42,882 nucleotides of DNA from a virus. The notes under the pieces were generated by a model. The model was given only the letters and a program-made list of their open reading frames with translations. It did not search any database and was not told the origin of the DNA. The stretch lies in the IMG/VR virus record IMGVR_UViG_3300015050_000735, positions 1 to 42,882 of that record. One strand, 5' to 3'. This document shows positions 23,022 to 30,990 of this stretch, one piece after another. The first letter of the stretch is position 1. Every line of letters starts with the position of its first letter. The position numbers and the translations under genes are program-made.

Positions 23022-23476
23022 CGCCTCTCACCCTGTCCGCAGTTGAGTATATCTGCCTCAACATGCGGGAAGCGGACCAAGCCGAAATCTACGGCATGCG
23101 GTCGCATGATAATCCGATGCAACTGGCGAAAGAGGTCGTGATCGCTGCCACGTTCGGCAAGGCGGCTGTCGCGAAACACAATGGCCTCCCTGCTGCGGTT
23201 GTCGGTGTTTCCCCGATCTGGCCCGGCGTATGGGAAGCATGGGCCTTCGGAACGGACGATTGGCAGAAATGTGCCGTGTCCGTCACTCGCTATGCGTTGG
23301 GCGTGTTGCGTCCGTTCATCCTGTCCCGTGGCGCGCATCGTATGCATTGCGCCAGCCGCATCGATCACACCGAAGCGCATCGGTGGTTACAGGTTCTAGG
23401 CGCCAAGCCTGAAAGCATCCTGTCCGGCTATGGCCGGGATGGGTCCGATTACATCATGTTCGCATGGAGACGATAG
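23018..23476 (+). CDS. Hypothetical protein (152 aa from the TTG at 23018); possibly GNAT-fold acetyltransferase-like
   Basis: TTGA overlap with the upstream stop. The pattern ICLNMREADQAEIYG...SPIWPGVWEAWAFGT...HRMHCASRIDHTEAHRWLQVLGAKPE resembles a phage acetyltransferase-like family from memory. The functional call is weak. Confidence 0.5.
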   Translation: MTPLTLSAVEYICLNMREADQAEIYGMRSHDNPMQLAKEVVIAATFGKAAVAKHNGLPAAVVGVSPIWPGVWEAWAFGTDDWQKCAVSVTRYALGVLRPFILSRGAHRMHCASRIDHTEAHRWLQVLGAKPESILSGYGRDGSDYIMFAWRR

Positions 23477-23477
23477 C

Positions 23478-23669
23478 ATGTGCATTGTTAAGCCTCCCAA
23501 ACCGCAGGCTGCACCGCCGCCGCCCAATCCCAACATGGCGAATATCGCGGCTGCGAACGAAATGCGCCGTGCTGCCTCTGAGGGAACGGGTGCGCGAGAC
23601 AACATGCTGACGCGCCTGTCGGATGAGGATGTCCGCAACTCGGCCACCAAGAAGAGGCTCGGCCAGTGA
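23478..23669 (+). CDS. Small virion protein, T7 gp6.7-like (63 aa, start at MCIVKPPKPQ)
   Basis: The N-terminus MCIVKPPKP resembles T7 gp6.7 (MCFSPKIKTPK). Located directly upstream of the portal gene. Confidence 0.5.
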   Translation: MCIVKPPKPQAAPPPPNPNMANIAAANEMRRAASEGTGARDNMLTRLSDEDVRNSATKKRLGQ

Positions 23670-25258
23670 ACGCGGAAGAAATCTGCAAGCGCTTCGACAA
23701 GCTGCATGCGGATCGCGGGGCAGTCATGTCCCACTGCCAGGAAATTGCCGAGTTCATCTATACACGTCGCGCCTCGTTCAACACGGAGCGGACAGAGGGC
23801 GACAAGAGGCAGCAGCGCATCTACGATTCCACCGGCACGCATGCGCATGAGCTTCTAGGCGCTGGCCTGCATGGCATGGCCTCCAATCCGGCAAGCCGCT
23901 GGTTTTCGATGAAGACCGACGACGAGGGCCTGAACGGCCTCGATACGGTCAGGACATGGCTCGATGACGTAGCCGACCGGATGTATTCGCGGATGCATTC
24001 GCCTCGGTCTAGCATCACGACGCACCTGCATGAACTTTATCTGGACCTTGCCGCGTTCGGCACGGCTGTCATGTTCATCGGCACGACCAAGGACGAGACG
24101 CTTTTGTTCCAGACGCGGTTTCTCGGCGAGTGCGTGATTGACGAGAACGCGGAAGGTTCGGTCGATACGGTCATCCGTGAGTTTACGCTCACCGTACGCC
24201 AGATGGTGCAGAAGTGGGGCGATCAGGTTTCCGAGGATGTGCGCAAGAAGCACGCCGATGGGAAGCTTGATGACAAGATCACGGTCCTGCATGCGGTGTT
24301 TCCAAGAGAGGATCGCGACGACCAGAAAGAGACGCCGGACAACATGCCGTATGCGTCGATCTATGTGGAGAAGAAGGCCAAGAACGAGCTTCAGAACGGC
24401 GGGTTCGAGGAATTCCCCTACGCTGTGCCGCGTTGGTATAAGGCCAGTGGCGAACGCTATGGCCGCTCTCCCGCGATGTCTGCCCTCCCTGATGTGAAGA
24501 TGCTTCAGGAGATGATGAAGACGACCATCAAGGCGGCACAGAAGATTGTCGATCCTCCCTTGCTGGTGCCTGATGATGGCATGATCGGCCCGGTTAGGAC
24601 CGTGCCTGGTGGGCTGAACTTCTACCGCGGCGAGCGTGAGATCGTCCCGTTGATGACGGGTGGCAACATCCCGATCTCGCTGGAGATGATGCAGGATCTG
24701 CGCACGCGCATCATGAACACGTTCTTCGTGGACCAGTTGCAGTTCTCCGGTGACGCCAAGATGACGGCGACCGAGACGATGCAGCGCACTGAGGAACGCA
24801 TGCGCCTGCTTGGTCCTATCCTCGGCCGCATGGAAACTGAACTGCTTGGACCGATCGTGACGCGGGTCTTCGGCATCATGATCAGGGCTGGCGAATTCCC
24901 GCCCCAGCCGCAAGAGCTGGATGGCGTTGAATGGCGTGTCGAGTATTCCAGCCCGATTGCCTTGGCCCAGCGTGGGCAGAAGGTGGATCGCGCGGTGATG
25001 ATGCTGACGATTGCAGGTCAGATGGCGGCGTTCGATCCGAACATCATGGCCCGCTTCGACAGCGAGAACTTCCTGCCCTGGATTGCGGGTGAGCTTGGCG
25101 TCGATCCCGATCTTGTCCTGGACGATAGCGAGTTCGAGCAGAAGCAGCAGGCGCAGCAGATGGCTAACATGGCAGGCCCGGCACAGGTGGCGGCGGATGC
25201 CTTCGCCAAGGCAGGGCAGGGCGCCAAGGCGTTCGCAGAAGCAGGAGCGATGCAATGA
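23666..25258 (+). CDS. Portal (head-to-tail connector) protein, podovirus/T7 gp8-like (530 aa)
   Basis: The size and the position between terL and the scaffold/capsid genes fit a portal. GTG start overlapping the upstream stop. Confidence 0.85.
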   Translation: MNAEEICKRFDKLHADRGAVMSHCQEIAEFIYTRRASFNTERTEGDKRQQRIYDSTGTHAHELLGAGLHGMASNPASRWFSMKTDDEGLNGLDTVRTWLDDVADRMYSRMHSPRSSITTHLHELYLDLAAFGTAVMFIGTTKDETLLFQTRFLGECVIDENAEGSVDTVIREFTLTVRQMVQKWGDQVSEDVRKKHADGKLDDKITVLHAVFPREDRDDQKETPDNMPYASIYVEKKAKNELQNGGFEEFPYAVPRWYKASGERYGRSPAMSALPDVKMLQEMMKTTIKAAQKIVDPPLLVPDDGMIGPVRTVPGGLNFYRGEREIVPLMTGGNIPISLEMMQDLRTRIMNTFFVDQLQFSGDAKMTATETMQRTEERMRLLGPILGRMETELLGPIVTRVFGIMIRAGEFPPQPQELDGVEWRVEYSSPIALAQRGQKVDRAVMMLTIAGQMAAFDPNIMARFDSENFLPWIAGELGVDPDLVLDDSEFEQKQQAQQMANMAGPAQVAADAFAKAGQGAKAFAEAGAMQ

Positions 25259-25401
25259 AAAAGCCGACGACGAAGGCCAAGCCAACGGCCAAGGATAACG
25301 AACTGAAGCAGATTGCCGAACTGGCGTCCCGCTATGCGGTGGCCGATCCCGGCAAGGATGCGCGGGACGATCTCTTCCGCAGGATGGCGAAACTTGCATA
25401 G
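25255..25401 (+). CDS. Possible 48-aa basic protein, below the ORF-track cutoff
   Basis: Hand translation gives MKKPTTKAKPTAKDNELKQIAELASRYAVADPGKDARDDLFRRMAKLA. ATGA overlap with the portal stop. Confidence 0.45.
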   Translation: MKKPTTKAKPTAKDNELKQIAELASRYAVADPGKDARDDLFRRMAKLA

Positions 25402-25660
25402 CCGCGAACAGATCGCCCGCGACATCCGCATCGTCAACGGCACGGAAGAGGGCGAACGGCTGATCGGGTATCTGCTCGATTTCTGCCATGTGCTCCGCGA
25501 CTCCATGCCGAAGAGCGGCAACGACAACATCTGGAAGATCAACGAGGGGCAGCGCACGGTCGGCAATGAGATCGTGGCTCTCCTCGTCAACGGCCCTGAG
25601 CGGTTCAAGGCGGAAACCCTTCGCTCACTCGCCAGGCAAGCAGAAGGAACTGACATTTGA
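25394..25660 (+). CDS. Hypothetical protein (88 aa from the TTG at 25394)
   Basis: REQIARDIRIVNGTEEGERLIGYLLDFCHV...NEGQRTVGNEIVALL. The upstream part of the track ORF overlaps the previous micro-ORF and looks non-coding. Confidence 0.5.
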   Translation: MHSREQIARDIRIVNGTEEGERLIGYLLDFCHVLRDSMPKSGNDNIWKINEGQRTVGNEIVALLVNGPERFKAETLRSLARQAEGTDI

Positions 25661-26520
25661 CCGACGCACCCGCGCCCGCTCCGGCGGATAACGCGGCGCC
25701 TGCACCGATTGCAGAGGCCGCACCAGCGACAACCTCATCCCCGAGCTGGCTTGACGATCTTCCCGACGATCTCAAGACCAGCCCGTCCCTGTCCAAGTTC
25801 GAAACCAAGGAAGGGTTTGCGAAGTCCTACATCAACCTCGAAAAGATGCTCGGCTCTGAAAAGGTGCCAGTGCCGAAAGAGGGAGATGCCGAGGGCTGGA
25901 CCCGATACCTGAAGGCTGGCGGTCTGCCCGATACGCCTGACGCCTATGGCTTCACCAAGCCCGAGACGGTGCCAGAGGGCTTCAACTACGACGAAGGTCT
26001 CGACAAGCGCATCGCTGGCATGATGCACAAGGCCAATCTGCTTCCATCACAGGCGAAGGCCATGCGTGAGGAACTGATGGGACTGGTCGCCGAGGGCGCG
26101 CAAGAGAACCTGAATGCCTCGAAAGCGCAGGAAGCAGCGAAGGCCCTCGATGTCCAGCGCGGCACGGATGCTCTGAAACAGGAATGGGGACCGGCATTCG
26201 AACAGCGCGGCAAGGTAGCCGGGGCTGCAATCAACAAGTTCCTCTCGCCCGAGACAATCGCGGCGATGGATGCGGCGGGGCTGGCGAACAATCCGGCCAT
26301 CATCAAGGACATGTATAACCTCGGCGTGAAGCTTGCCGGCGAAAAGGAATTGATCGGCGTTGCCGAACAGAGCCAAGCGCCTACCGATCTTGACGCAGCC
26401 ATTGCGGATCACCGTTCCAAGCATGGCGCGGCATTGCAAGACCGTTCCCACCCGGACCACAAGTTGCGGGTGGCTGAGATGACAGCACTGTTCAACAAGC
26501 GGTTCCCCGCACAGCAGTGA
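25657..26520 (+). CDS. Scaffolding protein (287 aa)
   Basis: Ala/Pro-rich N-terminus followed by a long helical, charged region. Located between the portal and major capsid genes. Confidence 0.7.
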   Translation: MTDAPAPAPADNAAPAPIAEAAPATTSSPSWLDDLPDDLKTSPSLSKFETKEGFAKSYINLEKMLGSEKVPVPKEGDAEGWTRYLKAGGLPDTPDAYGFTKPETVPEGFNYDEGLDKRIAGMMHKANLLPSQAKAMREELMGLVAEGAQENLNASKAQEAAKALDVQRGTDALKQEWGPAFEQRGKVAGAAINKFLSPETIAAMDAAGLANNPAIIKDMYNLGVKLAGEKELIGVAEQSQAPTDLDAAIADHRSKHGAALQDRSHPDHKLRVAEMTALFNKRFPAQQ

Positions 26521-26667
26521 TGTTCCGCAGACAAGCCGCAAGGCCCTGCAAGACAGCCTGAAAGCAGGCCGTCCATCGGGACGTAAAGCCGAAGGAAAGC
26601 CCGGCCTCGCCGGACAACTGACCGACAAACACCCCGAAAATTCAACCGTTTTGAAAGGAGAGGACAC

Positions 26668-27582
26668 ATGTCCGCTCAAATCACTACGGCGTTTGTCGAG
26701 CAGTATAAGGCAAACGTCTATCACCTGCTTCAGCAGAAGGGTTCGAAACTGCGCGGGATCGTCCGCCTCGAATCCGTCACCGGCAAGAACGCCTTCTTCG
26801 AACAGATCGGTTCGGTTGCCGCACAGGTCCGCACGACCCGCCATGCCGACACCCCCATCCAGGACGTGCCCCATGCGAGGCGTCGTGTTTCGCTCGCCGA
26901 TTACGAACATGGTGCGATGATTGACGACCAGGACAAGATCCGCATGCTCATCGATCCGACCTCGGACTATGCGCAGGCTGCGATGTGGGCGCTCGGTCGT
27001 TCGATGGACGATGTCATCATCGCCGCCATCGACGGCACGGCCTATACCGGCGTTGACGGCTCGACTTCGACCGCGTTCGATACCAGCATGATCGTGGATG
27101 TCCAGACCGTCTGGCCCGGCGTCACGGCTGCGGATACCGGCCTGAACCTCGCCAAGCTGATCGAGGCGCGCAAGCTCCTCGGCGAAAACGATGTCGATCC
27201 CGACGAGGAAGTCTACGTCATCGTCAACTCGACGCAGATTTCGTCTCTTCTCAAGGACGAGCGTGTTGCGTCGAAGGACTACAACGCGGCTCTCCCCCTG
27301 ATGGAAGGCAAGATCGGCAAGGCTGGCGGCTGCACGCTCATCCCGTGCAATCGCATCGGCACTGACGCCAACAGCGATCAGAAGGTGCCGTTCTTCACCC
27401 GGTCGGGCATGCTGCTCGCAACCGGCGAGGACATCACCACCCGCATCGCCGAACGTGCCGACAAGGGCTTCAACACGCAGGTCTATGTCCGCATGTCCAT
27501 CGGGGCAACCCGCATGGAAGAGAAGCGCGTGGGCTACATCGAATGTGATCCGGGCGCGTCCCCGATCACTGACGACGCTTGA
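26668..27582 (+). CDS. Major capsid protein (304 aa)
   Basis: Strong GAAAGGAGAGGA Shine-Dalgarno. The position after the scaffold gene fits. The pattern FVEQYKANVYHLLQQKGSKLRG...RHADTPIQDVPHARRRVSLADYE...LIDPTSDYAQAAMWALGRSMDDVIIAA is recalled from phage major capsid proteins. Confidence 0.85.
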   Translation: MSAQITTAFVEQYKANVYHLLQQKGSKLRGIVRLESVTGKNAFFEQIGSVAAQVRTTRHADTPIQDVPHARRRVSLADYEHGAMIDDQDKIRMLIDPTSDYAQAAMWALGRSMDDVIIAAIDGTAYTGVDGSTSTAFDTSMIVDVQTVWPGVTAADTGLNLAKLIEARKLLGENDVDPDEEVYVIVNSTQISSLLKDERVASKDYNAALPLMEGKIGKAGGCTLIPCNRIGTDANSDQKVPFFTRSGMLLATGEDITTRIAERADKGFNTQVYVRMSIGATRMEEKRVGYIECDPGASPITDDA

Positions 27583-27603
27583 GCCGTGAAAGGAGAATAG
27601 ATC

Positions 27604-28104
27604 ATGGCTGTCACCACTCAGAAGTCCACGGAATACACGAACGTCACCGCCGTCCCGCAGGTTAATGTCGGCACGGTGGACATGCACGGTCGTGTGCGCG
27701 TGGCCTACTTCACTCATGCACAGTCGGGGGCTGGCGATGCGACGTCCTCGGTTGCTCTGTGCAAACTGCCGGCGGGCCGTGTCCGCCTGCTGCTCGGTTC
27801 CTCGTTCATGTATGTCAACTGGACCACGGCGAGCGCTACGCTCGATCTCGGCTGGGATGCATACACGGATGTGGAAGGCGATGCTGTCGTCGCCGATCCG
27901 AATGGCCTAATCGACGGCCTCGATGTCGATGCGGTCGGCTTGCGGTCGGGCGAAGATCTCGTGACGCTTGCTGCCATCCAGGCGACGGGCGGAACGAAGC
28001 TCTTCGAAACCAATGCAGGAGTCGTGATCCGGGCAACCTCGCAGGACACCGCGATTGCCGATGGCGACGATCTGGTTGGGTATCTTCTCTACGTCCTCGA
28101 CTGA
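27604..28104 (+). CDS. Hypothetical structural protein (166 aa), possibly a capsid accessory/decoration protein
   Basis: GAAAGGAGAA Shine-Dalgarno. It follows the capsid gene and precedes a terminator. Confidence 0.62.
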   Translation: MAVTTQKSTEYTNVTAVPQVNVGTVDMHGRVRVAYFTHAQSGAGDATSSVALCKLPAGRVRLLLGSSFMYVNWTTASATLDLGWDAYTDVEGDAVVADPNGLIDGLDVDAVGLRSGEDLVTLAAIQATGGTKLFETNAGVVIRATSQDTAIADGDDLVGYLLYVLD

Positions 28105-28124
28105 TCAGCTTCACGTGAAACCGG

Positions 28125-28156
28125 AAAGGGGCGGGCTTCGGTTCGCCCCTTTTTTC
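28125..28156 (+). terminator. Rho-independent terminator after the capsid genes
   Basis: AAAGGGGCG-N10-CGCCCCTTTTTT. The stem is 28128-28133/28144-28149, followed by a T-run at 28150-28155. Confidence 0.75.
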
Positions 28157-28173
28157 ATGCGCGAGGATAACCA

Positions 28174-30990
28174 ATGGCGACAGACGTAGAGATTGCCTCG
28201 CTCGCGCTGACCCGCATCGGGCATTCGAATATCTCCTCGTTCTCCTCGACGGGGGACAAGGCGCAGCGTTGGTTCAATTCCAACTATGAGACGATCAAGA
28301 AGGCGCTGCTCGCAGAGCATGCGTGGAACTTCGCGATCAAACGCGCCACGCTGTCATCCACGACGGCACCGACGAACGAATATACCAACGCCTACACCCT
28401 CCCCACCGACTTCATCCGCCTCGTGCGCCTCAATGGCGACAGCAAGGCTGGATACCGCGTAGAGCGCGGCACGCTGGCAACCTACGAGGCGACCGCCGTC
28501 ATCGAATACGTCTATGACGTGACCGATGAGGCGACGTTCACAGCCAGCTTCACGGACCTCCTAGCCCAGCGTCTCGCGGCGGAGTCCTGCTTCTACTTCA
28601 CCGACAATACCAGCCTCACCGAAATGTCCTGGAAGGTGTTTCAGGACAAGTTCGCCAAGGCCAAATCGATCGACAGTCGCGAGTCGGCACCCCGCTACAG
28701 GTCCGCCAACATGGCGCTTGCGCGCCTTGGTGAGACGACGCGGCAGGGTGAGGATGGGGCGAACATTCTTGAGAATGCGTCTCGCATCATCGAGGCGAAC
28801 TACGGCACGGTTCGCAAGGCTCTGTTGCGGGAACATCCGTGGAATTTCGCGGTCAAGCGTGTCGCGCTCGTGGCTGCGACGGCGCCCGTCAATGACTACA
28901 CCTATCGCTATACGCTGCCGGCGGATTTCCTCCGCATGGTCAAGCTCAATGCGAGCAACGAGGTCACGCATCGGATCGAAGCGGGCTATCTCGTTTCGGA
29001 CTCTGCCACGGCCACCATCGAATATATCTACGATGTCACGGACGAGGATCTCTATTCGTCCGACTTCCTCGACGTGCTGGCACAGAGGCTTGCGGCTGAG
29101 GCTGCTGCGGCGATCAATCCCCAATCCGCACAGAGCATGTGGAGCCTATATCAGGCCAAGCTTGCCCAGGCCAAGGCGACGGATAGCCGTGAGGCCACAC
29201 CGCGCAAGAAGGCGGCAAACCTTGCGCTGCTGAAGCTTGGTGAGGTCGCCGGAAGGCAGGGCGATGATGCTGCTATCTCGCGTGAGAACGCGGCGCGGGT
29301 GGTTGAAGGGCTTTGGGATAGTTGCCGAGCCGCACTGCTTCGTGAGCATCCCTGGAACTTTGCCATCAAGCGGGTATCGCTGTCCGCCACGACAACGCCC
29401 GTCAATGATTTCGCCTATGCCTATACGCTGCCTGCTGACTTCTCCCGCATGGTCAGGCTCAACGCAAGCAACGAGGTGACGTGGAGGATTGAAGGCGCTC
29501 GGCTTCTGACGGATTCCGCCACGGCGGTCATCGAATACGTCTACAGCGTCACGGACGAAACACTGTTCGATGTCCAATTCTCGGAACTTCTTGCCCAGCG
29601 CATTGCGGCCGAAGCTGCCGCTGCCCTGAACCCAGGTGCTGCCTCGGCGCTCTGGACTGTTTACCAGCAAAAACTCCTGGTGGCCCGAGAGGTGGATAGC
29701 CGCGAGTCGGCGCCCCGCAAGAAGGCCGCGAATATCGCCTTGCTCAAGCTTGGAGATATTGCCGGGAAATCCGGGAACGACGCTCTTGCCGCTCGGGAAT
29801 CGGCTGCGCGCACTGTCGAGGGGCTATGGGACAGTTGCCGCAAGGCGCTTCTGCGGGAGCATACTTGGGGCTTCGCAACCAAGCAGGCCGCACTCGTTCT
29901 CTATGGGGGTAACGCCTACACCCTCCCTGCCGACTTCATCCGTGCGATCCGAGTTAATTCGAGTGAGTCCGAATCAATCCAGATCATCAATGGGCGGCTC
30001 TACACTCTCGCGACAACGCCGACCCTCGATTACATCTATGACATTACCGACGAGACGCTATTCGATGCGCAGTTTTCGGAAGTTCTGGCGCAGCGTATAG
30101 CAGCTGAGGCAGCAATCTCGGTCAACCCCGGCGCAGCGTCCGCGTTGTGGACGGTTTACCAGCAGAAGCTCCAAGCCGCCATCATCGCCGACACGACGGA
30201 GGCGAAGCCATCAGGCGTTGTCGCAAACCTTGCCATGTCGCGTCTTGGTGAGGTCGCGGGCCGCAATGGCGCCGAGCTTCTGATTGCCCGCGCCTCGATC
30301 AAGCGTCATCTCGATTTCAGTTATCCGATCGCTCGTCAGGCCCTGCTTCGCGAGCATTCGTGGAACTTCGCCGTCAAGCGGGCGATCCTGACCAAGGACA
30401 CGATCCGCACCATCACCGGGGCGACTGCGGCGAACCCTGTCGTGATCACGTCGGCGGCTCATGGCTTTGCCAACGGTGCGACGGTCTACATCGATTCCAT
30501 CCTCGGCATGACGCAATTGAACGGTCGCACCTTCACGGTGGCGAACCAGGCGACGAACACGTTCCAACTGTCGGGTGAGAACGGCCTGACCCATACCGCT
30601 TATGCGTCGGGCGGCTATGCCTATCCCTACATCGCCAAGGAATACAAATACCGGTTTGCGCTCCCGGCCGATTGCCTGAAGCTGATCAGGATCAACCGGA
30701 CCGAGGCTGACGAGTATCGGGTCGAGCAGGGCTACGTCTACACCGACGAGAGCGAGGTCGATCTCGAATACGTCATGGACGTGACGGACGAAGACGATTT
30801 TGATTCCCAGTTCACCGATGTGCTGGCCCAGCGTCTCGCGGCAGAGGCGGCAATTGCGTTGAACCCAAGCGCGTCTGGCGCGCTGTGGAACATCTATGAG
30901 CAGAAGCTTCGCATGGCCCGCACGATGAGCGCCCGTGAGGGCACGCCGCGCGGGATCGACGCCGACACATGGATCGACGCCCGTGCCTAG
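28174..30990 (+). CDS. Tail adaptor-like polyprotein: five tandem T7 gp11 (tail tubular protein A)-like modules (938 aa)
   Basis: There are five ~170-aa units, starting near nt 28174, 28699, 29209, 29719 and 30214. Each has A-L-x-R/K-L-G...ALLREH-x-WNFA-x-KR...YTLPADF...IEY-V/I-YDVTDE...LAQR-L/I-AAEAA. The N-terminal pattern matches T7 gp11 (ILASIGE...RQIQSRGWTFN). Confidence 0.82.
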   Translation: MATDVEIASLALTRIGHSNISSFSSTGDKAQRWFNSNYETIKKALLAEHAWNFAIKRATLSSTTAPTNEYTNAYTLPTDFIRLVRLNGDSKAGYRVERGTLATYEATAVIEYVYDVTDEATFTASFTDLLAQRLAAESCFYFTDNTSLTEMSWKVFQDKFAKAKSIDSRESAPRYRSANMALARLGETTRQGEDGANILENASRIIEANYGTVRKALLREHPWNFAVKRVALVAATAPVNDYTYRYTLPADFLRMVKLNASNEVTHRIEAGYLVSDSATATIEYIYDVTDEDLYSSDFLDVLAQRLAAEAAAAINPQSAQSMWSLYQAKLAQAKATDSREATPRKKAANLALLKLGEVAGRQGDDAAISRENAARVVEGLWDSCRAALLREHPWNFAIKRVSLSATTTPVNDFAYAYTLPADFSRMVRLNASNEVTWRIEGARLLTDSATAVIEYVYSVTDETLFDVQFSELLAQRIAAEAAAALNPGAASALWTVYQQKLLVAREVDSRESAPRKKAANIALLKLGDIAGKSGNDALAARESAARTVEGLWDSCRKALLREHTWGFATKQAALVLYGGNAYTLPADFIRAIRVNSSESESIQIINGRLYTLATTPTLDYIYDITDETLFDAQFSEVLAQRIAAEAAISVNPGAASALWTVYQQKLQAAIIADTTEAKPSGVVANLAMSRLGEVAGRNGAELLIARASIKRHLDFSYPIARQALLREHSWNFAVKRAILTKDTIRTITGATAANPVVITSAAHGFANGATVYIDSILGMTQLNGRTFTVANQATNTFQLSGENGLTHTAYASGGYAYPYIAKEYKYRFALPADCLKLIRINRTEADEYRVEQGYVYTDESEVDLEYVMDVTDEDDFDSQFTDVLAQRLAAEAAIALNPSASGALWNIYEQKLRMARTMSAREGTPRGIDADTWIDARA

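Noticed and set aside
23855-25489. 544-aa ORF antisense to the portal gene. Similar very long antisense or alternative-frame ORFs occur at 26047..27717, 30812..32632, 35112..36236, 8042..9061, 11533..12384, 12233..13003, 17849..18598, 18657..19520, 20588..21379, 21563..22291 and 30211..31017.
   Set aside because: They are Arg/His/Pro/Gly-rich with no recognisable motifs and no start-site signals. Each lies opposite or out of frame to genes with clear homology and strong GC3. This is the typical stop-codon depletion seen in high-GC DNA.
22271-28104. Idea that the products of 22271..22633, 22638..23021 and 27604..28104 form one paralogous family
   Set aside because: They share composition (Ala/Thr/Gly-rich, hydrophobic C-terminal strand), but I cannot produce a convincing alignment by eye. 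Structure prediction is needed before claiming this.
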